DNA of 64,000 nucleotides, from assembly GCA_965218795.1 (NCBI GenBank), contig OZ244653.1, positions 2,240,001-2,304,000 of the forward strand, read 5' to 3'. The stretch's first letter is position 1, and every line of letters starts with the position of its first letter. Shown here in pieces: positions 1 to 12,561 of this stretch. A program made the position numbers and the translations under genes. The notes under the pieces are model-generated. The model searched no databases, had not been told where the DNA came from, and saw only the letters and a list, made by a program, of their open reading frames with translations. The DNA comes from a bacterium (GTDB lineage Bacteria; UBA8248; JACPRG01; G963555815).

Positions 1-120
1 CAGGAAAGGATTGGGGAAGGTGCAAGCGGCAGGCGCTATCGCCGAATGCACCGACCCGGCGCGTAACCGCTCTAACAGCTTTGCAAAATTCCACGCCGCC
101 ATCATTGAGGCGACCGCGCA
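1..120 (+). pseudogene. Possible C-terminal end of a DUF4276-like protein, cut by the window edge
   Basis: Frame 2 reads KVQAAGAIAECTDPARNRSNSFAKFHAA, which resembles the DUF4276 C-terminal 'DPxRNRSxSF' motif. Only a short stretch is visible. Confidence 0.3.
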
Positions 121-240
121 TGAGCGACATGCTGGTCAAAAATCAGGAGAGCGCCGCCCTCTCCGAACCCGCCGTCGAAGCCGCCGCCCTGACGATCCGG
201 CGCCATAGTTGTGGGACCATCCCGTTTATCCAGGTGCCTG

Positions 241-274
241 AGTCAGATTACTCACCATGTTGAGTAATCTGACT
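241..274. repeat. Perfect 14-bp inverted repeat (operator-like)
   Basis: AGTCAGATTACTCA (241-254), spacer CCATGT, TGAGTAATCTGACT (261-274). It straddles the ATG at 257. Confidence 0.8.
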
Positions 275-380
275 TACACGAGGCCCCACGCCGCAGACCT
301 GCTCCACCGTCTGCGCGAGCCGCGTTGTTTCCTCCAGATCGTCACCGGAGCGCGACGGACGTAGGGCAGTACAACTCGAC
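257..380 (+). pseudogene. N-terminal remnant of an AAA_14/DUF4143-type ATP-binding protein
   Basis: MLSNLTYTRPHAADLLHRLREPRCFLQIVTGARRT*GSTT matches a decayed Walker A region (GxRQVGKTT). It then truncates. Confidence 0.5.
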
Positions 381-484
381 TCGCGGGACAGTTCCTTTCA
401 ATCGGCCGATGGCCAACCTTTCAACTAGCCGTGCCTGAATCTTGCAAGCATCCGATATGAGACCTCTTGATTCAGCAGTTAATA

Positions 485-501
485 TGGTCTATATTGGACC
501 A
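485..501. promoter_or_regulatory. Putative autoregulatory operator of the toxin-antitoxin operon
   Basis: TGGTC-N7-GACCA inverted repeat just upstream of the antitoxin RBS (GGAGG) and start codon. Confidence 0.45.
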
Positions 502-523
502 GAATGAATCGACTGGAGGGCGT

Positions 524-808
524 ATGACCGCCAAGCACGCCAAGCCCAACCGAACTTGGACCGTCGCCGAGGCCAAGGCGCGGCTGTCCGAGATCCTGCG
601 TCTCGCCGAAGAGGAAGGACCTCAGCATATAGGCGCACGGAAGTCCTTCGTTGTAGTCCCCGCTCACGTATGGGCCGAGAAGGAATCGCAGCGTAAACCC
701 ATGGGTCTGTGGTTGGTCGAGAATATGCCCCGGGGCGTGAACCTTGAGATTCCAAGCCGCGACGAGCCCGGACGCGACATCCCATTCATGACCCGGGAGG
801 GCGAATGA
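524..808 (+). CDS. Phd/YefM family type II antitoxin
   Basis: WTVAEAKARLSEIL...EGPQHIG Phd motif. GGAGG RBS precedes ATG 524. ATGA overlap with the downstream PIN toxin. Confidence 0.9.
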   Translation: MTAKHAKPNRTWTVAEAKARLSEILRLAEEEGPQHIGARKSFVVVPAHVWAEKESQRKPMGLWLVENMPRGVNLEIPSRDEPGRDIPFMTREGE

Positions 809-1220
809 GCGGCTTTCTCCTGGACACCAACGTGGTCTCGGAGCTCACGAAGGATGCGCCGGACCCGCGGGTCGTCGCGTTCCTTGCCGCTCAAGACCAT
901 CTATGGCTGTCGGTCATCGTCCTGCATGAGCTGGAATTCGGCTTGCATAGGCTCCCGCCGGGGCGTCGCCGCGACCGTATCAGTGGTGCCTTGTCGGCGT
1001 TCTTCACCGAGTACGAGGACCGAATCCTGCCGCTGGACCGTCCAGAAGCTGAGCAGGCGGCCATGCTGAGGGAGCAAGCGCATCGATTCGGACGTGTCCT
1101 GCATCTGGGCGACGCGCTCATCGCCGGAACCGCCAAGGCCCACGATTTGTCGGTCGCAACGAGAAATGTCGTGGACTTCGAGGGCTTGGACGTCGATGTC
1201 ACCAACCCCTGGGAGGCGAC

Positions 1221-1224
<4 letters not shown>
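805..1224 (+). CDS. vapC: VapC family PIN-domain toxin
   Basis: [23 protein letters not shown] and [12 protein letters not shown] motifs; 139 aa. Confidence 0.93.
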
Positions 1225-4315
<3,091 letters not shown>

Positions 4316-4440
4316 AGACTTCGTATCCGAGAACGCTGCGCGGGCGGAACTGATGGGCAGGCGTCACGTCCAAGCCCAGCCTCAAACCTCCGTTGTCAGC
4401 ATCGCACTGATGCAAGCACAATGCTTCACGTTGCTCCAGC

Positions 4441-5487
4441 CCGCGCTGGCTGGAGGCATGGCTGGGAGCGTGCGCGAAGAACGGCGGCCGGGCGCCGGAC
4501 GACCCCTCGCCGTGGCTGCCGTGGTCGATGAGCGGGGAACGCAGGCGCGCCCTCATGGCGCCGGGATGAGCGGCGCGGTCGAGTGCCGCTATTACGGCCG
4601 TGACTTCACGACGCAAGAGATGGGGCTGCTGCGCTCGCTGATCGCCGGCCCTCCGGCGCTGAACCGCCATGCGCTGTCCAAGGAGTTCTGCCGGCGCATC
4701 GGCTGGCGCAAGCCCGACGGCGGGCTCAAGGACATGATGGCCGGGGTGACCATGCTGGCCATGCACAAAGACGGCCTGATCGCCCTGCCGCCGCCGAAGT
4801 GGCGGCAGAACCGGCCCGGGCTGATCGTCTTCGGTCCGGAGACCGAACCACCGCCGGTCCCGGCGCCGGCCACCCTGGAGGAGGTCCGCCCGCTCGACAT
4901 GCGGATCGTCGTCCGCGGCACCGCCGGGGGCAAGCGGTGGAACGAGTTCGTCGCCCGCTCGCTACCACTATCTCGGCTACAAGACCCTCGTCGGCGCCCA
5001 GATGCGCTACGCCGTCCACGACCGCGACGGCCGGCCGGTCGCCATGCTCGGCTTCAGCTCCGCCGCGTGGAAGCTCGCGCCGCGCGACCGCTTCATCGGT
5101 TGGACGCCGCAACTGCGCGAGAAGAACCTCCCCCTCGTGGTCGACAACCCGAGGTTCCTCATCCTGCCCTGGAGCAAGATCCCCAACCTGGGCTCGCACA
5201 TCCTCGCCATCGTCCGCCGGCGCCTGCCCGGGGACTGAGCCGGGCGCTACAACACAACCCCCGTGCTCATCGAGACCTTCGTCCAGACCCCGCGCTACAC
5301 CGGCGCCGTCTACAGGGCATCGGGCTGGATCCATGTCGGAACCACCCAGGGACGCGGACGCTACGACAGGCACACGAAACGTGCCCAACCGAAAAAGGAC
5401 ATCTGGCTCCGCCCACTCAGAAAAAATTGGAAACGAACCCTCAACAGCTAAAGTCAGCCCCCCATCACGGCCCGGCCGAACGATTAC
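4441..5487 (+). mobile_element. Right-end remnant of an IS66-family element (TnpC C-terminus, DUF4338 passenger, right terminal repeat)
   Basis: 4441-4569 encodes PRWLEAWLGACAKNGGRAPDDPSPWLPWSMS...*, an IS66 TnpC-like tail. The element ends GGCCGAACGATTAC at 5487; IS66 termini start with GTAA. Confidence 0.6.
4566..5451 (+). pseudogene. DUF4338 (DruA-like GNAT-fold) protein, disrupted
   Basis: Motifs RYYGRDFT, LSKEFCRRIGW, YHYLGY, RDRFIGW, RFLILPW, LIETFV, GAVYRASGWIHVGTTQGRGR. A 4-nt duplication near 4958 shifts the frame, and TGA at 5236-5238 replaces a Trp. Confidence 0.82.
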
Positions 5488-5644
5488 GCCTGCTCAGTAC
5501 ATGCCAAGCGCCGCTGTCTCAAAGTTGTTGACAGGTTTCGATACCCCGGGCGGTTCACTGCGCGTCCAGGCGTGGTTTTGTGGAATGTCTATTCCACCCG
5601 CACAGCGCAACTGTGCCCCCGTCCCGCTGCCCGCTGCGTCCGGC

Positions 5645-5986
5645 CTATTCCACCATGCGCTTGAGCCCGCTCAGCGGCTGAACCTTGACCGACCGTGAGG
5701 CCGGCTTCGCGGTCACCGTGATTTCCTCGCCGGTGAAGGGCGAGATCATCTTGCGCGCCTTTCTTGCCGGCTTGCGCACCGTCTTGATTTTCAGAAGGCC
5801 GGGAAGCGTGAACGTTCCCACAGCACGTCTCTTGATATGACGCTCAATGACCAGTCCGAGTTCGTCGAGCACCAGGGCCACCTCCTTCTTGTGAAGTCCC
5901 GTTGATTCGGACAGCGCGTTCAAGAGCTGGGTCTTCGTCATCGCCTCCTTGAGCGCCGTGTTCCTGCGGTTTCCGGATGTCGCCAT
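5645..5986 (-). CDS. HU-family DNA-binding protein
   Basis: MTKTQLLNALSESTGLHKKEV...FTLPGLLKI...PARKARKMISPFTGEEITVTAKPA. GGAGGAG RBS precedes ATG 5986. Confidence 0.92.
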   Translation of the reverse strand: MATSGNRRNTALKEAMTKTQLLNALSESTGLHKKEVALVLDELGLVIERHIKRRAVGTFTLPGLLKIKTVRKPARKARKMISPFTGEEITVTAKPASRSVKVQPLSGLKRMVE

Positions 5987-6169
5987 CACATATCTCCTCC
6001 CATTTGCGCCGCCATGCCCGGCGACTGTTGCGCCAGATCTCCGCTCGTCGCCACCATCATTAGTGAATTTAATTGGTGAATCATAGAACGCAATGAAAAC
6101 GGTATTGGAAAATATATCCGGCTGCCGCCATGTTGGATGGTGGTTCCGGCTGATGCCAACGTGGTTCAT

Positions 6170-6370
6170 TTGGCTGGGACCCCACGCCGCCCTGGGTGAC
6201 CTCAGCCCGAATGACTTCGAGCGGTCCGCGGCGAAGGCAACGCCGGAGCGCGGGAAACCGGCGGAGAAGGATTTCGGCGGCGGTCTCAAGCCCATGAGAG
6301 ATGCCACCGAAGAGCCCGGTTGTGGTGCAATTCCCCGGGACGATCTCGAGCCCGGTGAACGTGGGGACAC
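6170..6370 (+). mobile_element. Possible IS3-family transposase C-terminal scrap
   Basis: PHAALGDLSPNDFER resembles the IS3 'RPHSALGYxSPxxFE' tail. Confidence 0.35.
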
Positions 6371-6543
6371 GCGCCTTGCATCGTGGCGGGCCCGAACTGG
6401 CTACATGATGTAATGGGTCAGGAGGGCGCGTCGCTCTCTCGACATATGGCGCGGGCTGCACGAAAATAGTATGAAAGCCGCCGGATCGGAACAGTACGGT
6501 CATCCGGGCAAACCCAGTCGGGGGATACTCGCGAGGAGTGACT

Positions 6544-7317
6544 ATGCCGAAAAACGGACAATCGCAGAGCTTGGCGGTTCTGATCGATGCCGACAATACC
6601 AGCGCGCGACATGCTCACGCGATCTTCGAGGAGGTCGTCAAGCTGGGTGAAGCCAATGTCCGGCGGATCTACGGCGATTTCTCCGGAACCCGTCTTGCCG
6701 GATGGGACAGGGAGATCCAGTCTCTTGCGATCCTGCAGCACCAGCAGCGCAAGAACACGACGGGCAAGAACGCCGCCGACATCGCGCTCGTGATCGACGC
6801 CATGGACCTGATGCACAAGGGCAAGCTGGACGGCTTCTGCCTCGTCAGTTCCGACAGCGACTTCACGCGTCTGGCGCAGCGCCTGCGGGAGGACGGGCTC
6901 GTGGTCTACGGGTTCGGCGAGCGCAAGACCCCGGAGGCATTCCGCAGCGCCTGCAACCGGTTCATCTATGTCGACAACCTGACCGAAGCCGGCGCGGAGA
7001 AAGCGAACGGTGGCGCGGCCGCCGCGACGCCGGCGGCAAAGAAGGAATCTCCGTCAAAGGCCGTAAAAATCATCGCCAAGGCGATCGAGGACTCGGACGA
7101 TGACGGCTGGGCGAATCTCGGCAATGTCGGCAGCCGGATACTCGGCGCGGCGCCGGATTTCGATCCGCGCACCTACGGCTGTCCCAACCTGAGTACGCTG
7201 GTCACGAAGTCCGGAGGTTTTGAAATCCGGAAGGATCCGGGCAATGCGGTGCATATCCGCCGCAAGGTTTCGGGCCGCAAAACGCAGGGCAAGTCGGGCA
7301 GCGGCAAGGCCAAATGA
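6544..7317 (+). CDS. NYN domain (LabA/DUF88 PIN-like) protein with C-terminal LOTUS/OST-HTH domain
   Basis: LAVLIDADN, GKNAADIALVIDAMD, LVSSDSDFTRLA, then GWANLGNVG...PDFDPRTYG (LOTUS). Confidence 0.92.
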   Translation: MPKNGQSQSLAVLIDADNTSARHAHAIFEEVVKLGEANVRRIYGDFSGTRLAGWDREIQSLAILQHQQRKNTTGKNAADIALVIDAMDLMHKGKLDGFCLVSSDSDFTRLAQRLREDGLVVYGFGERKTPEAFRSACNRFIYVDNLTEAGAEKANGGAAAATPAAKKESPSKAVKIIAKAIEDSDDDGWANLGNVGSRILGAAPDFDPRTYGCPNLSTLVTKSGGFEIRKDPGNAVHIRRKVSGRKTQGKSGSGKAK

Positions 7318-7479
7318 AAATCAGTCCGAACCGGGGCGCGGGGCATTCCAACTGCCCGGCCTGGCGAAGCGCTTTCCGACGGGCGAACAACAGAAAGCGC
7401 GGCACCAGAGATTCGGGAAAACCGTGGCGCCGGGAGCGCATCCCGGAGTTCGACGTATGATGCCTCGCGCCAGATTGCC

Positions 7480-7960
7480 GCTCCGATGGACGATTTGCAT
7501 GCGGCGGAGATGTCCAGGCAAACTTTCTTTGGCCGCCCGATTTTTCGGAGCCGGTTCAACGGCTCAACGCCCGGATCAGCACGTCCATCAACAGCGGCGT
7601 CTACCGTGCCTTCTTCGAAGGGAACGCGGAGAAAAGGAGGATCATGTCCAGGACGTGACAGATGCGTTCACGACGATGGATCAGCGCCTGTCCGTATGCC
7701 GTTTTCTTCACGGCGACAGGCTAGCTGCGAGCGATTTTTGGCTGTTTCCCACCCTGTTGTGTTTAGATGGGTTTTATTCAGAGCTTTTCGGGCTCGGGTT
7801 CCAACTTGGGGGTTTTGAGAAGCTCGGACCTTCCATGCGTGACCTGTGGAGCCTGAAGGCATTCTACGCGTCAAGAGACCTGGAGAGGATTGAAGCTCAC
7901 GACTACCGCAGCCTTTTGCACGGACCTAAATCGCCATCCTGCACCGGATTTTGTGAATGA
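7480..7960 (+). pseudogene. Glutathionyl-hydroquinone reductase (YqjG/Xi-omega GST) C-terminal fragment
   Basis: Pieces in different frames: RLNARISTSINSGVYRAFFE; MDQRLSVCRFLHGDRLAASDFWLFPTLL; DLERIEAHDYRS. Confidence 0.55.
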
Positions 7961-8011
7961 CTCGACAATGATCGAGCCGACGCAAACGGCAATAGCGCCC
8001 TGGGAGGAAGA

Positions 8012-9253
8012 ATGAGCCGAACGGCCATCGGACCCGCCCTTCGTACCGGCGAATTCGTTCCCCTCGTCGCCCTCCTGATGTCGCTCGTCGCGCTCGCGAC
8101 CGACGCGATGCTGCCGGCGCTGCCCGCGATTGGCCACGATCTCGGGGCCCCGCGCCGAAACGACGTCCAGTTCGTCATCACGGCTTTGTTCCTGGGGCTC
8201 GGCCTTGGTCAGATTGTTTTCGGTCCTCTCTCCGACCGCATCGGACGCAAGCCCGCTATTCATGCCGGCCTCGTCCTGTTCATGGCCGGATGTCTCATGA
8301 GCATCTTCGCACCCACCTTCGAGGTGATGATCGCGGGTCGCGTACTGCAGGGCATCGGAGTCGCGGGACCGCGCATCGTGACCATGGCCCTGGTGCGCGA
8401 TCAGTACGAAGGACGCCAAATGGCTCGTCTCATGTCGTTCGCGATGGCCGTGTTCATCCTCGTTCCCACTGTCGCCCCGGCCCTCGGACAGGGGATCCTG
8501 TGGCTGGGAGGCTGGCGCGCGATATTCACCACCTTCTTCGCCATGGCCGTGATCGCATTCGCATGGTTTGCACTTCGCCAGCCCGAAACCCTGCCCGCCG
8601 CCCGTCGGCGACCCGTCTCCCCTCGGGCCATCGGCGGAGCCGTCCTGGAAGTTCTGAGGATTCGGGCCACGCTCGGATATACCCTCGCCACCGGATGCGC
8701 GTTCGCGCCGTTCGTTGCCTACCTGAGCTCTGCCCAGCAAGTCTTCCAGGAGGCCTACAGGACCGGCGCACTATTTCCGATCTATTTCGGAGTGCTGGCG
8801 CTTGCCATCGGAGGCGCCTCGCTCGCGAACGGCCGCCTCGTGATGAAGCATGGGATGCGCCGGCTCTCGAGGGCGGCGACGGTGTCCATCACACTGGTCT
8901 CGGTCGTTGCGTGGACGCTGGCCTTCGCCTTCGAGGGGCTTCCTCCGTTGTGGCTATTCATGGCCTACCTGCTCGTTGTCTTTCTCTGCATCGGACTCCT
9001 CTTCGGAAATCTGAACGCGCTCGCCATGGAGCCCCTCGGCCACATCGCCGGACTGGGAGCGGCAGTGGTCGCTTCGCTCTCCACCTTCATCTCGGTACCG
9101 CTCGGAGTGCTCGTGGGACAAAGCTTCGATGGAACCATGTACGCCCAGATTGCCGCCTTCGCGGTCTGCGGAGCAGGGGCCTTCGTTGCAATGAACTGGG
9201 CCGAGGGAGATGGAGGCGCACAACGCAGCCGAGATGCCATCGCCCGATTGTGA
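8012..9253 (+). CDS. Bcr/CflA family multidrug efflux MFS transporter
   Basis: ALATDAMLPALP, GPLSDRIGRKP, RVLQG, VRDQYEG, PETL; about 12 hydrophobic segments. Confidence 0.92.
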   Translation: MSRTAIGPALRTGEFVPLVALLMSLVALATDAMLPALPAIGHDLGAPRRNDVQFVITALFLGLGLGQIVFGPLSDRIGRKPAIHAGLVLFMAGCLMSIFAPTFEVMIAGRVLQGIGVAGPRIVTMALVRDQYEGRQMARLMSFAMAVFILVPTVAPALGQGILWLGGWRAIFTTFFAMAVIAFAWFALRQPETLPAARRRPVSPRAIGGAVLEVLRIRATLGYTLATGCAFAPFVAYLSSAQQVFQEAYRTGALFPIYFGVLALAIGGASLANGRLVMKHGMRRLSRAATVSITLVSVVAWTLAFAFEGLPPLWLFMAYLLVVFLCIGLLFGNLNALAMEPLGHIAGLGAAVVASLSTFISVPLGVLVGQSFDGTMYAQIAAFAVCGAGAFVAMNWAEGDGGAQRSRDAIARL

Positions 9254-9392
9254 TCGTCCATCGTCCGCTTGGTATCTCCCGATGCCGCAACAGCCATCAC
9301 TACGCGCCGCAATCTGCTTCAATGTGCTCGCGCCGCCAAGGTCGCGGGAATGACGGTCTGAGAATTCGTGGCGATGATGACCTTGGCGCAAC

Positions 9393-10507
9393 TAGGGGGC
9401 TGTAACATATAGCTGTTTAGTGATATATTTTCTCTCATGAGAGAGAAAACGGATGTTGTTTTGACTCCAGCGGAACGTACGGAACTTGGCAAACGAGCGT
9501 CAAGCCGTAGCGGTCGCGCCGACGATGCCCGTATCGCTCGGGTGTTGCTCTTGTTGGCAGACGGGGCGAGCTACACACGGATCCAGCAGACCATCGGTTG
9601 CACGGCGCCTTTTGTGAGCAAGTGGAAATGTCGATTCTTGAAGGAGCGTCTTGCGGGGCTCTACGCGCGTCACCAGGGACGTCCGGTTCAGGTGCTCACG
9701 CCTCGGATGCAAGCAAGGATTCTTTCGTGGACAAAGAAAAAGCCGACCGACGGTTCGACTCATTGGAGCACGCGCCGGCTGGCGAAAAAGTTGGGAATCC
9801 ATCACATGATGGTAGCCCGTACTTGGAAGAAACATGGTTTCCAGCCACACCGCATCGAGCGCTACAAAGCCTCGGACGATCCGGACTTCGAAACCAAGGC
9901 AGCGGACATCATCGGTCTGTATATGAATCCGCCTCAGCACGCCGCGGTGTTTTGTATGGATGAGAAAATGGCGATTCAAGCGTTGGATCGACGGGACCCG
10001 ATCTTGCCGCTGTCTCCCGGTCGGGCTGAGCGACACGGTTTCGAATACGTTCGTCACGGAACGCTTTCTCTCTACGCCGCCTTCAATACGAAGACGGGAG
10101 CAGTTGAGGGCAAGACCGTTCGCCGCCATACAAGCCAGGAGTTTGTCGCGTTCTTGGAGCAGCTGGTGGCGAGCCACAAGTCGAAACGTGAAATCCACAT
10201 CATCCTCGACAATTTGTCGGCTCACAAGACGGCTAAGGTCCAGCAGTGCCTTGACGCCCATCCGAAGGTCCAGTTGCACTTCATCCCTACCTCTTCCTCC
10301 TGGCTGAACAAAGTCGAACTGTGGTTCTCTGAGATCGAACGCGACTTGATCCATCGCGGTGTGTTCACGTCGACCAAAGACTTGGCCCGCAAAATCATGC
10401 TCTACATTCGCAAGTACAACCAAGCTCCCAAGCCCGTGAAGTGGACCTACTGCGATCCGTCTCGACGTATCAACAACTACTAAACGTTCATCTGTTACAG
10501 TCCACTA
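9393..10507 (+). mobile_element. IS630-family insertion sequence with imperfect ~29-bp terminal inverted repeats and TA (CTAG) target duplication
   Basis: Left end TAGGGGGCTGTAACATATAGCTGTTTAGT; reverse complement of right end TAGTGGACTGTAACAGATGAACGTTTAGT. CTAG at 9392-9395 and 10505-10508. Confidence 0.9.
9437..10483 (+). CDS. IS630-family transposase
   Basis: THWSTRRLA HTH; DDE motifs CMDE, ILDNLSAH and WLNKVELWF; YVRHGTLSLYAA. Confidence 0.95.
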   Translation: MREKTDVVLTPAERTELGKRASSRSGRADDARIARVLLLLADGASYTRIQQTIGCTAPFVSKWKCRFLKERLAGLYARHQGRPVQVLTPRMQARILSWTKKKPTDGSTHWSTRRLAKKLGIHHMMVARTWKKHGFQPHRIERYKASDDPDFETKAADIIGLYMNPPQHAAVFCMDEKMAIQALDRRDPILPLSPGRAERHGFEYVRHGTLSLYAAFNTKTGAVEGKTVRRHTSQEFVAFLEQLVASHKSKREIHIILDNLSAHKTAKVQQCLDAHPKVQLHFIPTSSSWLNKVELWFSEIERDLIHRGVFTSTKDLARKIMLYIRKYNQAPKPVKWTYCDPSRRINNY

Positions 10508-10870
10508 GGGGAAGAACGACCGGCAGAAGGCGATCTCCTCGGTGATGTCTTCGAAGCGTCCAGGGAAGCCGGGATGGTCCTTCAGGGTCTTGAACTGCGC
10601 TCGGAGAAGGAGTTGTCATCGCTGACATGTGGGCGGCTCATCAAGCGGGTCACCCCGAGGCCGGCGAGTCGTTGCACGGTACACTTGCTGGTCATGGGCG
10701 CGCCGCGGTCGGAGTGCAGGGTAAGCACCTGGGGCTCGATGTCTTACTTCAGGCGGCTGAAGATATCGAGCACGACGTAAGATAGTAAGGACGTCCAGCG
10801 CTTCGGGCCCAGCAGCCGCGTGATATCCCAGGACCAGGTGGGGTGCAACGGGCCGACAGGGACTCGCCTG
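10508..10870 (-). mobile_element. Degenerate IS3-family transposase (rve core), interrupted by the IS630
   Basis: Minus-strand pieces WSWDITRLLGPKRW...VLDIFSR, LHSDRGAPMTSK...SRPHVSDDNSFSE and QFKTLKDHPGFPGRF...FCRSFFP, with frameshifts. Confidence 0.75.
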
Positions 10871-11286
10871 GATGCGCGGGCGTTTTAACGAATCCGCTTT
10901 CATTTTGATTACAAACTACGCAAGGTGAGTTCCGAGCAAGGGCAGGAAAAATATATATTATCCAATAATATCAATAGGATAGTAGAGTTTCATGGCTGAA
11001 AGAATATCTTTATTTATATAACTGTATTGAAAATGGGGAGAGAGGAAACCGAAAGGCGAGACATCTTGTCTTCTTGGGATTTTGAATCGGGCCTTCTTCA
11101 TCATTCCTGGCTTGGTTGCCAAAGCCACTGCCGGCGAGCCGGCAAGTGCGGCTTCCGGGACTTATCTGGATTTTGCGGATACCCTTTCCTCGGCTCGCTC
11201 ACGATGGGTCTCTATGCCTCATCCATCCAAGCGAGAGGTCATAATGGGGCCGGGAAAAACCAGAAGGGAGGGTTGAGGAGTCGATT

Positions 11287-11645
11287 TCAGGCCCACGCGC
11301 GGTTTGCCGTTTTGACGATCCACCGCTGCTTTCGGGTTTGATCTTCCAGAGAAATCCGGTTCCCGATGACGGACGTTGCAAACCCACATTGTGGACTGAG
11401 GGCGAGACGCTCCACGGGAACAAACCGGGCGGCTTCCTGAATTCGGACGATGAACCCCTCCGAGGGTTTCAGGTGCGGGGATTTCGTCGTCACAAGACCG
11501 GGTACGACGCTCATGTCGTCGGGGATCCACCGAAGGGGTTCGAATAAACCCGACCGCTCATCGTCCTATTCGAGCAGAATCCGCTTGGCCTTGATATTTC
11601 GAAAAATCGGTTGGGTGATGAATGGGACCTGATTGAATATCTCAT
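11287..11645 (-). pseudogene. Cobalamin-independent methionine synthase II (MetE-like) C-terminal fragment
   Basis: LLE*DDERSG.FEPL...GLVTTKSP...RLALSPQCGFATS. In-frame TAG at 11566-11568; the N-terminus is missing. Confidence 0.75.
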
Positions 11646-11830
11646 ATAGAACTAAACACAGAATACTGGCGAAGCTTCCAACGCTGCTGGCGAAACCCTG
11701 GACGGAGCCCTGATACCGATCTCCCGCCGCTCTGGAGAGGATGGACAGAAAGGACGGCCACATGACCCCGTTTCCGCAGGCGAAGAGCACGGCCGCACCG
11801 TAAACCATCAACCTGTCGTCGGAGGGATGA
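11645..11830 (-). pseudogene. MFS (TetA-like) transporter C-terminal fragment
   Basis: VLFACGNGVMWPSFLSILSRAAGDRYQGSVQGFASSVGSFASI. Confidence 0.55.
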
Positions 11831-11987
11831 CACCATATCCCAGCGCCCCGATGAAATTCACCAGCAGCACGGGGCAGACAGAGACGCCCCTGTCTCCCCC
11901 CGAGACATCCATAAAACTTTTGCCCGACTCCGTGTGACCAGGAATTTTGTGTGGGACGGCGGATGCCAGACGGTCCCGATTAGACGA

Positions 11988-12410
11988 TTAGAAGGCTTGC
12001 GTCCCCTCGATAACCTTCAAAGCCTCTTGGGCGACTTCCAGATCCTGCTCGCCCGTCCCCGAGCCGACACCAATGCCGCCGATGCAATGGCCATCGACGA
12101 CGATGGGGAGACCGCCCTTGAGGTTCGTCAGCTTTCCGCCGGTCGCGTGCGCAAGCTTGAGCTCGTTGTCCTTGGAAACGCCCGACGTGGGAACGCGGCT
12201 GGAGGCGGCCGTCATGGCCTTGCGGGTCGAGGAATCAATGCTCAGGACCTTGGCCCCATCCATCCGAACGAAGGCCAGCAGATGTCCGCCGTCGTCTACC
12301 ACGGCGATGCACTGAGGCTGCCCCATCGCTTCCGCCTTTTGGACGGCGGCCTGCAAAAGCTTCAGGGCTCCTTCGTGCGTCAGCTTCAAGAAAGGCTTCG
12401 TGTCCGTCAT
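11988..12410 (-). CDS. GlcG/HbpS family heme-binding protein
   Basis: IAVVDDGGHLLAFVRMDGA, KAMTAAS, GGLPIVVDGHCIGGIGVGSG. Confidence 0.9.
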   Translation of the reverse strand: MTDTKPFLKLTHEGALKLLQAAVQKAEAMGQPQCIAVVDDGGHLLAFVRMDGAKVLSIDSSTRKAMTAASSRVPTSGVSKDNELKLAHATGGKLTNLKGGLPIVVDGHCIGGIGVGSGTGEQDLEVAQEALKVIEGTQAF

Positions 12411-12561
12411 GATCTGCTCTCCCTTCGCAAAATGGGCGGATGCTCCCCCGCCGCTGCGGAAAGCGCATCCGGTTCCGTGCATGTCGCGAATATCCCAGAC
12501 CTTGCCGGTTTGTGAGGATGGTTGTCAAGAAAAGGTTGACTGGAGGAAGCCGGAGGAATCA

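Noticed and set aside
5236-5238. In-frame TGA as selenocysteine, given the nearby selenium genes
   Set aside because: It aligns to a family Trp, not Cys, and the gene also has a frameshift.
4566-5451. Druantia anti-phage system
   Set aside because: Only a broken DUF4338 gene is present, with no DruE helicase or other Dru genes, and the context is an IS end.
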